From Octopus bimaculoides (taxonomy: Eukaryota): a DNA stretch of 40,554 nt. The notes beneath the pieces were generated by a model. It was not told the DNA's origin. It searched no databases and worked only from the letters and a program-made list of their open reading frames with translations. Where the stretch lies: the NCBI RefSeq assembly GCF_001194135.2, contig NC_069004.1, forward strand, positions 27,811,779-27,852,332, in the 5' to 3' direction. Below are positions 1-12,290 of this stretch, one piece after another (position 1 is the first letter of the stretch; each line of letters begins with the position of its first letter). Position numbers and translations under genes: made by a program.

Positions 1-342
1 AAATGGAAAAACTTTCAAAATACAAAGACCTGGAAATAGAGATAACTCGAATGTGGAGTCTAAAAACAGAAACAATTCCTATCATAGTAGGTGCCTTAGG
101 TATAATTAAAAAATACTCAGACAAATACATAACAAAAATACCAGGACTTACAAATATATGTAACATACAGAAAATTGCACTACTGGGTACTGCACACATT
201 CTACGCAAAACACTTTCAATACAGTAAACATAAAAGCACCACAGCAAACCACAGCACATACCCAAGGCGCACAGAGCTGCGCTCGGTAGTGAAGTGAAAG
301 CACGTTATAAAAATAAAACTACTGAACAATAATAATAATAAT
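1..342 (+). mobile_element. 3' end of an RLE-type non-LTR retrotransposon (R4/Dong-like): ORF C-terminus, 3' UTR and (AAT)n tail
   Basis: ORF 3-227 (EKLSKYKDL...IPIIVGALG...QKIALLGTAHILRKTL) matches the typical C-terminal restriction-like-endonuclease region of R4/Dong-like elements. It is followed by a ~100-nt UTR and (AAT)n at 328-342. Confidence 0.8.
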
Positions 343-344
343 AG

Positions 345-481
345 TTTCTAATTTAGGCATGAGAGCCAGCATTCCATGGATGCAGGTTAGTTGATACTAG
401 TTGACTCTAGCAGGAATTGAACTCAGAGTGTATAGAGGTAGAATAGATATTACAAAGCATATTTTCTGATTCTGTATCAAC
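345..481 (-). mobile_element. Degraded SINE family C copy
   Basis: Resembles the better-preserved C copies (tttctaatttaggca...ggaattgaactcag) and shares the (AAT)n tract with the LINE. Confidence 0.5.
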
Positions 482-544
482 TTATTTATACAGCCTATCT
501 GGTATAATTAGGAAGTGTGTTTCAGTTGTTGTTGTTGTTATTTT

Positions 545-745
545 GCATCATATGGGCTCTGATTAATTATTATTAGGGTTTTGGCTCAAAAGCATTCCAG
601 CTATGATTAACCTGTTTTTTTTTTTCTTCTTTTCATAGCTTTATCATATTGAGGGCTTCATTATTTAGTGTGTCCACCTATTTTTAAGACTGTAGGACGT
701 GTTTTGAGGGTGATTTGGTTGCTATGTTTAGCAGGCTGAACAACT
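545..745 (-). repeat. Unclassified interspersed repeat (family G)
   Basis: The reverse complement of gagggtgatttggttgctatgtttagcagg recurs at ~29450 and ~36205; related fragments lie at ~1030 and ~32270. Confidence 0.4.
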
Positions 746-812
746 ACCTTGAGCCCCACTCCCACCTCACATTTGAAATATGCATATTTGCATTGATATT
801 TATAATTTGTTT

Positions 813-869
813 GTGTATGTATGTATGTGTGTGTGTGTGTGTATGTGTGTGTGTGTGTGTGTGTGCATG

Positions 870-909
<40 letters not shown>

Positions 910-945
910 AATATATATATATACATACATGCTACTACTACTACT
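813..945. repeat. Compound (TG)n/(CA)n/(TA)n microsatellite
   Basis: Seen directly in the sequence. Confidence 0.95.
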
Positions 946-1269
946 TTCTTTTTCTATTATTCAACTAAGTTTTGTGTTGCATTTGTTTTCATGTTGCTCT
1001 CACTTTTGTCCCTACACAAAAGACATGTTGGTCATGGTTGGAATGCTTTGTTGATCATAGGTATGTATAATGATGCCTTTGTTATGCACAAGGCCAATTT
1101 TCTATTTTATTTATTTTTTTTTTTATAAATAGAAAGAAAATAAAATAGATTGATCTCATTTTTGCCTGTTTTATTATCCCCGAAAGGGATGAAACGTGAA
1201 TTCGACTTCAGTATAAACTCAGTTTTTGGATTGATGAAGCAGCGAACACTATGTAGCAAAAACACCTAC

Positions 1270-1538
1270 CATGAATCGCTGCCAAATTTAAATCCATCTT
1301 CCGCGTACATATGATCTAATAACCAACGAAACATTGCGGATGTTCTAACATGTTGGTTCTGGTTCCTCACCATCTTTCCATAATAGTATTTGTCAATAAA
1401 GGAAAGAAACAAAAATATCATTAAAAGCGCACCAAAAACCAAAATAAATAAATGAAAAGAGACAGCAGAGCGGGTTTGAAATAACAATGTATCCATTGCC
1501 AGTTGACTTGTTCGACGAGTGAATCCAAACATGTTCAT
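1270..1538 (-). CDS. Probable first coding exon of a type II (signal-anchor) membrane protein; the gene continues leftward out of the window
   Basis: Non-repetitive 90-codon ORF with a basic N-terminus (TRR, TR), a 24-aa hydrophobic stretch (AVSFHLFILVFGALLMIFLFLSFI) and then polar sequence. It ends at a good donor TG|GTAGGT (exon end 1270, phase 2). The family was not recognised. Confidence 0.6.
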
Positions 1539-1559
1539 ATTAAGTATACAAGTGTTTAG

Positions 1560-1620
1560 ATTCAGCTAGATTGAAATCCCAAACCGTAAGAGTAATATGG
1601 CGGCGCGGTAGCAATTGAAA
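1560..1620 (-). promoter_or_regulatory. Putative promoter/TSS region with YY1-like motif
   Basis: CpG-rich patch with GCCGCCATATT on the minus strand (1594-1604), matching the YY1 consensus CGCCATNTT, ~55-65 nt upstream of the ATG at 1538. Confidence 0.45.
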
Positions 1621-1949
1621 AATCTTTGCGTGATGATGAATCTGTGTTAAATTATTGCCTCCAAGCAAATGCTGTGATGTTTATTAAACTACACAAGAAT
1701 ACAAAGAATGATGCTGATGATGAACATGCTATTACAGTGGTGTTATTGGTGGTGTTGTTGTTGTTGTTGTTGTTGGTGGTGGTGGTGATGGTGGCAGCAG
1801 CTTTCAGGTGGGTTGGTGGTTGGTAGGCATTATTGGGCCCTATGCAACACAAATGGAATATAATCTAGTCATTTTATGGAATTGCCAATTTCATTTGCTG
1901 GAGAAATTCCAGTGATAATCTCATCTTTTCTTTATATATGTTCTTGTTG

Positions 1950-2045
1950 ATCTTCTTCTTCTTCTTCTTCTTCTTCTTCTTCTTCTCCTCCTCCTCCTCC
2001 TCCTCCTCCTCCTCCTTCTTCTCTTACTACTACTGCTACTACCAC
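1950..2045. repeat. (TTC)n(TCC)n(TAC)n trinucleotide tract
   Basis: Seen directly in the sequence. Confidence 0.9.
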
Positions 2046-2299
2046 CGTAGCTGTGACATGTGGACTCTGTGATATGATGGTAGGTTTCTCAGTGAACTAA
2101 ATCAGTAACCCAGTTTCAGTTTACACTCAGAACCCTTCACTTCATGTCACCAATACTCTAGGGGACAGGGAAACATATTTGGCAGAAATTCTCATCTCGT
2201 CCATAACAATTCCAGACGTTGTGCTCATGTAACAAATCGCTATTGTTTAGATTTGTTTCCTCATTTTTATTATCATTTTTATTGCAATATCTGTACTGA

Positions 2300-2330
<31 letters not shown>

Positions 2331-2420
2331 TTAATAATAATAATAATCCTTTTTACTAAAGGCACAAGGCCTGAAATTGTAGGGGAGGGGACTATTCAAT
2401 TACATCGACCCCAGTGTTTC
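2300..2420 (-). mobile_element. SINE family C 3' fragment with (ATT)n tail
   Basis: (AAT)n followed by aggcacaaggcctgaaatt...tcgaccccagt, the same as copies at 8240 and 3480. Confidence 0.65.
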
Positions 2421-2721
2421 TAACAATAATAATAATGATAATAAACTAATAATATCATTAATACTTCTTTGTCTCCTCCTTCTCAAGACACTAGTAGTAG
2501 AAGTAGTTGTTTTGTGATGCTACCACTGCTACGACTGGTGTTGCTACTTCTACAAGTATGAACATCACTACCACTGTTGCCATCACCACCACCACCAGCA
2601 CCACCACCACCACTATAACCTCCCTGGTGTTGTGGCTCTATCATAAAAATACATCCAGTACACTCTGTGAAGTGGTTGATATTTGCAGAGTCATCCAATC
2701 CTAGAAAGCATGTCAAATGAT

Positions 2722-3111
2722 ACTCTCTTTTACTTGTTTCAGTCATTTGACTGCGGCCATGCTGGAGCACCGCCTTTAGTCGAGCAAATCAACCCCAGAA
2801 CTTATTCTTTGTAAGCCTAGTACTTATTGTATCGGTCTCTTTTGCCAAACCACTAAGTGACGGGGATGTAAACACACCAGCATCGGTTGTTGAGCGATGT
2901 TGGAGGGGGGGGGGCAAACACAGACACACACACATACATATACATATACATATATACGACAGGCTTCTTTCAGTTTCCGTCTACCAAATCCACTCACAAG
3001 GCTTTGGTCGCCCGAGGCTATAGTAGAAGACACTTGCCCAAAGTGCCACGCAGTGGGACTGAACCCGGAACCATGTGGTTAGTAAACAAGCTACTTACCA
3101 CACAGCCACGC
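2722..3111 (-). mobile_element. Well-preserved tRNA-headed SINE, family A with B-type tail
   Basis: The minus strand has A-box-like TGGCTGTGTGG and B-box-like GGTTCAGTCCC, a CORE-like gcactttgggcaagtg segment, an internal microsatellite and a conserved tail. More than 10 related copies occur in the window. Confidence 0.85.
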
Positions 3112-3234
3112 TGCAATAGGATCCTCTGCCTCCTCTAAAAGAGCAATAACTCTAAACAAAGAGCTGAATCAGGCCATGGCAATCTGTCTGACCAATGCCA
3201 GCATGGAAAAGCAAATGTAAAAATGATGGTGATA

Positions 3235-3740
3235 ATAATTGTTTCTAATTTAGCCTCAAGGCCAGCAATTTTGTAAAATCAGGTTTAGTTGATGACATCA
3301 ACCCAGGTACTTGGTTGGTGCTTTATTTTATCAACCCTATAAGCATGTTCAGTAAAGTTGACCCTAACTGGATTTGACTGCAGAATGTAAAGGGCTGGAA
3401 CAAATACTGCAAGGTATTTTTCTGATGCTCTAATGATTCTGCTAAGCCACTGCCCTAAATAATTATAATAATTTCAAGCTTTGGCACAAGGCCAGCAAAT
3501 TTAAGGAGAGAGGTTAAGTGAATGATATTAACTCTAGTGATCAACTGGTACTTATTTATTGACACTGAAAGGATGGAAGACGAAGTGAACCTCAGCAGAA
3601 TTTGAACTCAGAATATAAAAAGTCAGAAGAAATGCTGCAAAGCAATTTGTCCAACATGCTAGGCCATCAACTGAAATTTTGTGGAGGTCAAGTACATCAA
3701 TCTCTGTACTCGACTGGTACTTATTTTATCATCCCAAAAG
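3235..3740 (-). mobile_element. Tandem SINE family C copies
   Basis: Two successive units (from ~3235 and ~3465), each beginning at an AAT-rich tract and containing ggatgaaag...aaagttgacc...tttgaactcagaa, plus a partial third unit. Confidence 0.65.
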
Positions 3741-4074
3741 TCACCAGTCTGTTACAAGACACCAGCACTGAGATTAAAATGTTACAGGCTTTGATGAAAG
3801 GGTGTGTGGTATTTTATTTATGTCTTATCTTTTACTCGAGTCATTGGGTTGCAGCCATGCTGGGATACAACGTTGAAGGGATTAGGGATTATATTCTTAA
3901 ACTGTTTCTCATGTTGTTTTGCATACTATAGTTCCCTTCAGTATTTATTCTTGTATGATGACAGGGAACTGAGACTCCTGGTGGTTTGCTGTGCTTGAAA
4001 AGACATGGTTGTTTTTGCATACAGGCTTTCCCTCTGCAAACCTCTCCACTTGAACATCCCTAATCTCTCATGGG

Positions 4075-4300
4075 CTCATAGGTGCTAGTGCCACGTAAAA
4101 AGCATCCATGCTGGTACAACATAAAGGCACCCAGTACACTCTGTAAAGTGGTTGGTGTTAGGAAGGGCATCCTGCTGTAGAAATCATACCAAAACCGAGA
4201 GGGAGCCTGAAGAGCCCTTCAGCTGGTCAGCTCTTGTCAAGCCATCCAACCTATGCCAGTATGGAAAACAGATACTAAATGATGACAACGATGATGGTGA
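4075..4300 (+). mobile_element. RTE-type retroelement 3' UTR fragment (family D) with (GAT)n tail
   Basis: gtggttggtgttaggaagggcatcc...ccatccaacc.atgccag.atggaaa...gatgat motif series, shared with 13400, 24970, 28880, 30780 and 32080. Confidence 0.7.
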
Positions 4301-4369
4301 TGTATACAAGAAAATATTATGTAATCTGTTTGTCTAAAATATATTTATATGTGAGGTCCCAGTCAAGTT

Positions 4370-4576
4370 AGCATAATCAGTAGAGTAACAAACAAAATAC
4401 CATGTGGTATTTAATTGTGTTTTTGTTTTTTGTTTTTTTCTTCTTTAAACACATTTTGATTCTAAATTCTACCGAAGTCAATTTCACCTTTCAACCTTCC
4501 TGGAGTTGATTAAATCAACTAACACCCTCCCTCCAGATTTCTGGCCTTATGCCTATGTTGGAAACAATTATTGTTA

Positions 4577-4620
<44 letters not shown>
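4370..4620 (+). mobile_element. Degraded SINE family C, sense orientation, with (ATT)n tail
   Basis: ttctaaattctaccgaagtcaatttcacctttcaacc...ctggccttatgcc followed by (ATT)n. Confidence 0.55.
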
Positions 4621-4622
<2 letters not shown>

Positions 4623-4986
4623 AAAATAAATAAATAAATAATCTCCCCTCCCCCCTCCCTTTACCATCACTACATCGTCATCATCATCATCATTATCATT
4701 ATCATTATTTTTTCATTTGTCTGTGAAACCTGCTAGTTAGTAAATCTTGGTACAATGGTTAATGGTTATTACTGTTTTATGATTGTGAAACGGATGTTTA
4801 AATTAGTAATTAAGGCTAATTAATGGTCTTTCTTCTTTAGTTATATTGGTATGAGTGAAGAAGTTGTTGTTGTTGTTGTTGTTTTCAGTTGTCTCTTTTC
4901 TTCTTCCTCGCTCTGTATCTCTCTTCACCTGCTTCCTCTCTTTGTGGCTCTCTCTCTATCTATCTTCTATCTTTCCATTTTCTCCC

Positions 4987-5121
4987 TGTCTCCCCATGTA
5001 TGTATGTATGTGTATATATATATATATATACACACACATATTTATATATATATATATATACACACACACACATATATATATAATGTGTGTGTGTGTATAT
5101 ATATGTATATATGTATTTATG

Positions 5122-5160
<39 letters not shown>

Positions 5161-5302
5161 ATACATGTGTGTATATGTGTATATGTATTTATGTATATAC
5201 ACATCTATATGTATATATATATATGTCTATGTACATATATATATATATGTCTATGTATGTATACATATGTATATATGTCTATATATGTATATATATGATT
5301 GT
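4987..5302. repeat. Long degenerate TA/TG/CA microsatellite
   Basis: Seen directly; it is the source of several spurious YIYI ORFs. Confidence 0.95.
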
Positions 5303-5670
5303 ATGATTACGTCTGTCTTTCTCAATAATTCTCCATTTATAATTTTGTTTCTGTTTTGGTTTTCCTTCGCTGTATTTAGTAATCTCTCCCTCCTCCCTCC
5401 CCCTCACTATTTATTATCTATATTTCTCTCTCATGTGGTTTTATGGCTTTATTATATTGTCCCACTAACTCTCTCTAATTTTTTCTTTGTTTTGCTTGCT
5501 CTATAAATTTCTGCATCAAACTCGCCTTTCTTAATCTCAGTCAATCTTTATTGTTGTTCTTCTTCTTCTTCTTCTTTCCCCCCCCCCGACTCAGACTCTG
5601 TCTCCCTTCTTTTCCCCATGCCATCCCCCTCTCTCTCTCTCACACACACACTCTCTCTCTCACACACACA

Positions 5671-5703
<33 letters not shown>

Positions 5704-5790
5704 TCTCTTTCAGTATCTTTATATTTCTGTATTGATCCAGCACTCTCTTGCTATCTCTCTCTCTCTCTCACCTATCTGTTTGCTCCACAT

Positions 5791-5888
5791 AAACAATCAT
5801 TGTTTCATAAAGACGAGGCTAATGTGGGTGGGTGGCAGCGGGGCAGGAAAGTGGGGGGGGGGAGAAATGCAGCTTTTGACCTTGACCT
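5791..5888. promoter_or_regulatory. Candidate cis-regulatory cluster (Sox-type palindrome, G-run cluster, nuclear-receptor DR0)
   Basis: AAACAATCATTGTTT at 5791-5805, four G-runs at 5826-5862, and TGACCTTGACCT at 5877-5888. Motif matches only. Confidence 0.25.
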
Positions 5889-6494
5889 CGTAGTGTTTCT
5901 GATGCCAACTTAATGATGTAGGACTAATTGTTTTGAGCCTATCATCACAAGCAAGAGCACTTTTATCTAACTTATCCTCTTTCTTCTGTACTTTTCTTCA
6001 GACCCATAATTTGTCAATGTCATAACCCCCATCTCACTGTAGCCAGCACCTGAGTGTGTGTTGGCGGTGGTAGTGGTAAACCTGATTGAGAAAGACAAAT
6101 TGAGCAGGAAACACACACACATACATGCACGCTCACTTTTTCTTTCTCTGTCTTCCTTTTGCACACACATAGGATGTATTAATAAAGTGGACGCTATCAT
6201 ACTTCCGTGTTTTAAGCTGAGAAATTTTAATTAATTAAAGTTATGTCGTTAGCGATGAGAAAGAATTTATTAACTTAATGACTGATTCTGGTTAACAAAG
6301 GGAGCAGAAATAAATCCACAATTTGAATTAATTAAACACGGAATAAAATAGAAGGGACATGAGTCTGATCTTTTGCAGTATGGTGACAAGTCCAAACATA
6401 TTTCAGTCTTATTAAATCTCATCAGCAAAGTAAAGTTTAAGTGTAATTGGTTCTTAAACTGAACAGATATAGGCATTTTTCTTTTTTCTTTTTT

Positions 6495-6830
6495 TTTTTG
6501 TACCTGTTTTGGTCATGCGACTGTGGCCATTTTGGGGCACCACATGAAAGGTTTTTATTGAATAAAGCAACCCAGGTCCTTCATAAGTACAGTGCTTATT
6601 TTGTTAAGTCTTGTTCAACTGCTGAGTTACAGGGACATAAACTGACTGACACAGGCTGTCACACGGTGGTGATGGTGGTGGGGAAAACACACACACGCAC
6701 ACACATGTGTACAATAGGCTGTTTCCGTCTACCATTTTTGCTCACAAAGCATTGGTCAGCCTGAGGCTACAGCCCAAAGTGCTGTGCCGTAGGACTGAAT
6801 ATGAAACCTTGATCACACAGCCTTGCCTGT
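6495..6830 (-). mobile_element. Degraded SINE A-B
   Basis: Colinear with 2722-3111 (gactgtggccat...tttccgtctacc...cacacagcc). Confidence 0.7.
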
Positions 6831-7019
6831 AGATCTGTAGATTTTTCATAAGAGAATACAGAGTGGCGTGATAAAAGAATGATTGGGGAAAATCACTTGG
6901 AGATGCTTGTTGCACGTTGGGAAGTGTATGTAAAAATATAGTGAATTATAGTAAAACATTGGTCTGGTGGAACCTGTAAACAACAGCACCATTGTTCATG
7001 AAATGTTTATACAAAAAAG

Positions 7020-7160
<141 letters not shown>

Positions 7161-7299
7161 AAAGTCCCTCTGTGTTTTTGATGAGCCACATTGAAGTTTA
7201 GCCACAAAGTTATTGGTACAAACCAAAATCTTGCAAACAAACTAATGCCCTGAAGAACTTGGCATCTGTTTTGCCTAATCTTCATGTTTGTGAAGAGGC

Positions 7300-7524
7300 T
7301 TTCTTTCTTCTTTCCTTTTTTTCCTTTTCTTACTTTCCTTCTTTCTCTTTTCTTTCCTTTTTCCTTCTTTTCTTCCTTCTTTCTTTCATTCTTTCTTTCT
7401 TTCTCTCTTTTCCGTCCCTCTTGCTCTCTCATAATTTTTCCTTCCTCCTCCTCCTTTCTTTCCCTCCCTCCTTTTCTTTCCTTTCTTATTCTTTTACCTT
7501 CCTCACCTCCTCATCGTCCTCCTC

Positions 7525-7569
<45 letters not shown>

Positions 7570-7592
7570 TTCTTTCTTTTTCTTCTTCTCCA
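7300..7592. repeat. Polypyrimidine low-complexity tract with (TAC)n
   Basis: About 290 nt almost entirely T/C on the plus strand, with (TAC)n at ~7529-7567. Confidence 0.9.
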
Positions 7593-8237
7593 GTGCAGTC
7601 GACCTTCCCTTGTTGCAAGAACCATATATCTCATATAGGTTAAGATCAGAGTTGCTTTAGACCTTCAAAGCACAGTTCACAATAAAAGTAGGCCATTCTG
7701 TGCTGCGAAAGTCATCTCCTGCTTTGCAGAAGTTGACTTTAGCACAAATTCAATTATTACATCTTTCAATATCACACCACACCAGTGCCAGTTCTTCTCT
7801 TAGTTATTCTCTACATAACATTTAGTCGAACAAGATTTGCTGTGTCACTTAGAACGACGAACAACTAACTGAACCATTCTTCTTCTCAAAGATTATCTAA
7901 TTCTGTTTGCTGTAGACATTGGCAATACCAAACTCATTACTCATTCAAACCTCTCTATTTTGTTTCTTCATCTGAATGTAAAGTATGATATTATGCTAAC
8001 CTCTGTTATTCCTCTCTGCACTCCATCACTATCCGCAAGACACGTACGAGGAAATATATTGCATTGCTATTGTTCATTCTAAAATTTTTCCGAAGAAAGA
8101 CACCATTCCAATCCAAGTAATATTGCAAGACATTCAGATTATTCCGTTGATAAATATATTTCTGTATTTGCTGACAGAAGCAGACTGATCATTGCCATTG
8201 TTGGTGGTGGTAGCAGCATCTGTGTAATTGGTGAAAT

Positions 8238-8620
8238 AATAATAATAATAATAATAATAATCCTTTCTACTATATGCACAAGGCCTGAAATTTGGTGGGA
8301 GCAGGCCAGTCGATTAGATTGACCTCAGTATGCAACTGGTACTTAATTTAGCAATCCCGAAAGGATGAAAGGCAAAATCGACCTTGGTGAAATAATAATA
8401 ATGATGATGATGATAATAATAATGGTTTCAAATTTTGGCACAATGCCAGCAGTTTTGGGGGAAGGGAAATCAATTACATTGACCCCAGTAATCAGCCAGT
8501 ACTTATTTCATCAACCCTGAAAGGACGACAGGTAAAGTCAACGCTGGCTGTATTTGGTTTCTGATTTAAGCACACAACCAACTATTTTGAGGGGCATGTG
8601 GTTAGTCGATGCCATCAGAC
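8238..8620 (-). mobile_element. Three stacked SINE family C copies
   Basis: Units start at ~8238, ~8395 and ~8555. The first is well preserved (cgaaaggatgaaaggcaaaatcgacc, which from memory resembles the Nin/Deu-type SINE core on the minus strand). Confidence 0.75.
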
Positions 8621-9954
8621 TCGGTGCTCTCGTTCATAGTTTACGTTTAGCTTTTTGAAATTTTGAATTTTTAATCACCTTTTGTTTTGAACTTGAGAAA
8701 GACAGACGTGCTGTCGAAATATTATTACTATCATTATTATTAGAAAGGATTATTATTACTATGACTTTCATTCATGCTTTTGCCCTGGAAGATGTTATAC
8801 TGACACCATAGTTATCTTATTGTTGTTATTATTATTATTGTTTGTTTGTTTATTTATTACTTTTACTAAAGTGTATTGTCAGCATTGTTTCTAAAGACAT
8901 TCTCTGAAATCCACCAATGATTGTGGTTATTGTGTATTAAAACTGTTCACTATTTTTGCTAATTGAAGTTCACATTTCATTCACAGCCTCCACCAATAAA
9001 CAGTCTGTCTTATTTTCTCTCAATAACCTTTACTCCAATCTGAATATCTTTTGCATATGATAAATGCTGCATATTTATTTATTTATCCTCTTTGTGTGTC
9101 TGTGTGTGTTTGTTCTCTCTTTATTTTATTTTATGTCTCTGAATGACAGACAGAATGTTCAGCTGAGAAGATAAAAATATTAAAAAAAAAAAAAATTGGT
9201 AAAATGTATTGGAAAAGTTTTTCTGTTTTTTTNNNNNNNNNNNNNNNNNNNNNNNNNNNNNNNNNNNNNNNNNNNNNNNNNNNNNNNNNNNNNNNNNNNN
9301 NNNNNNNNNNNNNNNNNNNNNNNNNNNNNNNNNNNNNNNNNNNNNNNNNNNNNNNNNNNNNNNNNNNNNNNNNNNNNNNNNNNNNNNNNNNNNNNNNNNN
9401 NNNNNNNNNNNNNNNNNNNNNNNNNNNNNNNNNNNNNNNNNNNNNNNNNNNNNNNNNNNNNNNNNNNNNNNNNNNNNNNNNNNNNNNNNNNNNNNNNNNN
9501 NNNNNNNNNNNNNNNNNNNNNNNNNNNNNNNNNNNNNNNNNNNNNNNNNNNCCTGCCCTTACTTAAACTTGCAACAATTGAGATTCCGAAATTCTTTGAT
9601 AGCATTTAGTTGTGATTTGGCTATTCTTCAACACCTGTCACTATTGAATTCTTCCCATCATAAATATATTTATTTATTCCACTTTCCATTGTTCTACTGG
9701 TTTCACTCATTGGAATGTGGCCATGCTGGGGCACTAGCTCCCATGTTTTGTTTGCAGGAGCTTCATTGCTTATCAATAAAGCAAAGCAGTTAAGGAAACA
9801 ATAAACACATGTAGAAGATTCTAGCGCCATTGTTAAGTATTTATTGAAGCAAACTTGGCAAATGACAGCCGAGGTGTTATGGTGTTGAATAACATGACTG
9901 ACTAACTAGGTGTTGAGCTTATAAAAGACCTACATTTTAGAAATACCTTAGATT

Positions 9955-10439
<485 letters not shown>

Positions 10440-10440
<1 letters not shown>

Positions 10441-10640
10441 GCACAATGCCAGCAATTTTAGGGAGAGAGGTTAATTAATTGTATCAATTTCAGTAATTTA
10501 TTGGTATGTTATTTGATTGACCTCAAAAGAGTGAAAGGCAAAGATAACCTCTGTGTAATTTGAACTCACAACATAAAGAATTGGAAGAAATGCTGCTAAG
10601 CATTTTGTATGGTGTGCTAATGCTTCTGCTGCTATCAATA
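10440..10640 (-). mobile_element. Degraded SINE family C
   Basis: ggcacaatgccagcaatttt...gagtgaaaggcaaag...tttgaactcac...gaaatgctgctaagcattt. Confidence 0.65.
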
Positions 10641-10959
10641 AAATCTAGTTTGCTTTCCTGGAATGCATTGCACCAATCTAAACAACAGCATATTTTGTCT
10701 ACAACTCTTGTATTAGTTTTTTTGTTGTTATTGCTGCTGTTGAGAATGAGACAAGAATGCAGGTAGAGCTGCCCACAGGATGGTTTAACACTACATGGGC
10801 AGAAGAAACACAAGGGTTGTGGCCTGAGACATTAGTACCAACATAGACCCTTTGACTTATTGTCACTTTCTTTCCTTTAATGATACCAGCAGGTAGTGAC
10901 AACATCAGGACCTATTGCCCATATAAAGCAATGTTAAAAAGAAAGGTGGATGGAGGCGG

Positions 10960-11150
10960 ATGACCAGCAAAGTTCACTGTCATCAGTTCACCACAGGGAA
11001 AGTTCACCGTCATTAATTCACTGCAGTCATTAATTCACTGTTTTTTCAATAAAATAATTTCTAACTATTCATGGTGAGATACTATGGATATATTTTCTTG
11101 GTAAACTTTCCTCATATTGAACTTTTCTTGTGGTGAACTCACCTGTAATT
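10960..11150. mobile_element. Possible small MITE with repeated aaagttcacc/ggtgaact motifs
   Basis: The left part carries repeated (aa)agttcac motifs and the right part carries their inverted form; the terminal repeats are imperfect. Confidence 0.35.
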
Positions 11151-11839
11151 AGTGGCTGCTGCAGCTTCAATGAGAGTATGAACTGAAGGTTCGTGAATAG
11201 GCAGGGTGAAAGTATACGGAAATTGCCTCATTCTCAGTGTCTCTGACTGAACCCCAAAATCATGTTGTTGGGAAGCAAATTTATCACACAGCCATGCTTG
11301 CACTTATGGAAGGTGTAAACTAAATGTAAAAGATTTGGGGTTTTGTTGATGGTGTCAAGGATTAAGAATAAACAATGGCCACATTACTTAGGAGGTACTC
11401 TTCCCAAAAATATGGTTTCACTTCAATCTCACTGCTGTATTTTGAGAGAATGACTTTTACATAGCTTTAAGATGCCTCAAATCTTCTCCCTTGAAGTTTT
11501 ATAGAAGGAAACTGTGTGGAATCCTACTGGATGGCCTGATCTTGTGTGATAGACTTGATCTGCCACTCTGTTTAACACCACCACCTGGTCCTTAAGTGCC
11601 TTTCAACTTTTCAAACTCCTTTCTGTTGTAAATATGGGTGTATGCATGTGTCCAATCCATGCCAGCATGGAAATTAGTTGTTAAATGAGGATGAGAAAGA
11701 GAGAGAGAGAGAGAGAGAGAGACACACACACATGGCCATAATTGAATCTTCAGTTTTTTCGGTTCAAAATGCAGATTGTCTGCTAGAGCAAAGCCTTGCT
11801 ATTGGCAACAAAAGTGAATATATTGACTGTCATCAATTT

Positions 11840-12290
11840 TGCGCAACTTCATACATTCTTCGTAGGTTTTGTAGAGGTAGATCTTCTATGGTCAAGTGCC
11901 AAACCTATCTTCTATCACCCTTCATCTGTTTCCAAACAAGGCAATAATTCCCGTGACCAGACATGTTTTCCATGGAAACCTGTTAACAATCAACATCTCT
12001 TGTATGACAGTGCTGCATGTTTACAACCATCATGTGATGTCAGGGTAGGGGTATAGATGCATGCGTGCATACATACATACGTATGTATGCAAACACATGC
12101 ACACACACACAGGTGATGACGATGATGATGATGACAGTGCTCTTCTTTCCGATTTCTTCTACCTAATCCTCTCTCAAGGCTTTAGTCAGCCCTGGGCTAT
12201 AAGTAGAAGACGCCTTAAATGCCAGTCAGACTGAGTTCAACATGACACAGTTGGGAAGCAAGTTTCCCAACAACACAGTTATGCCAGCAT
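11840..12290 (-). mobile_element. SINE A head plus E-type tail
   Basis: Head at 12140-12290, microsatellite, then E segment (ccagacatgttttccatggaa...tgtttacaaccatca). Confidence 0.6.

Noticed and set aside
6385-6430. Minus-strand hammerhead (CUGAUGA...GAAA)
   Set aside because: Stem II is mismatched and no stem I pairing exists.
7660-8235. Terminal coding exon candidates on either strand in a unique-sequence block
   Set aside because: Only short open frames, with no recognisable homology and no consistent splice plus poly(A) support.
11143-11182. Minus-strand 40-nt exon (HTLIEAAAATNY)
   Set aside because: The donor lies within the end of the putative MITE and no compatible neighbouring exons were found.
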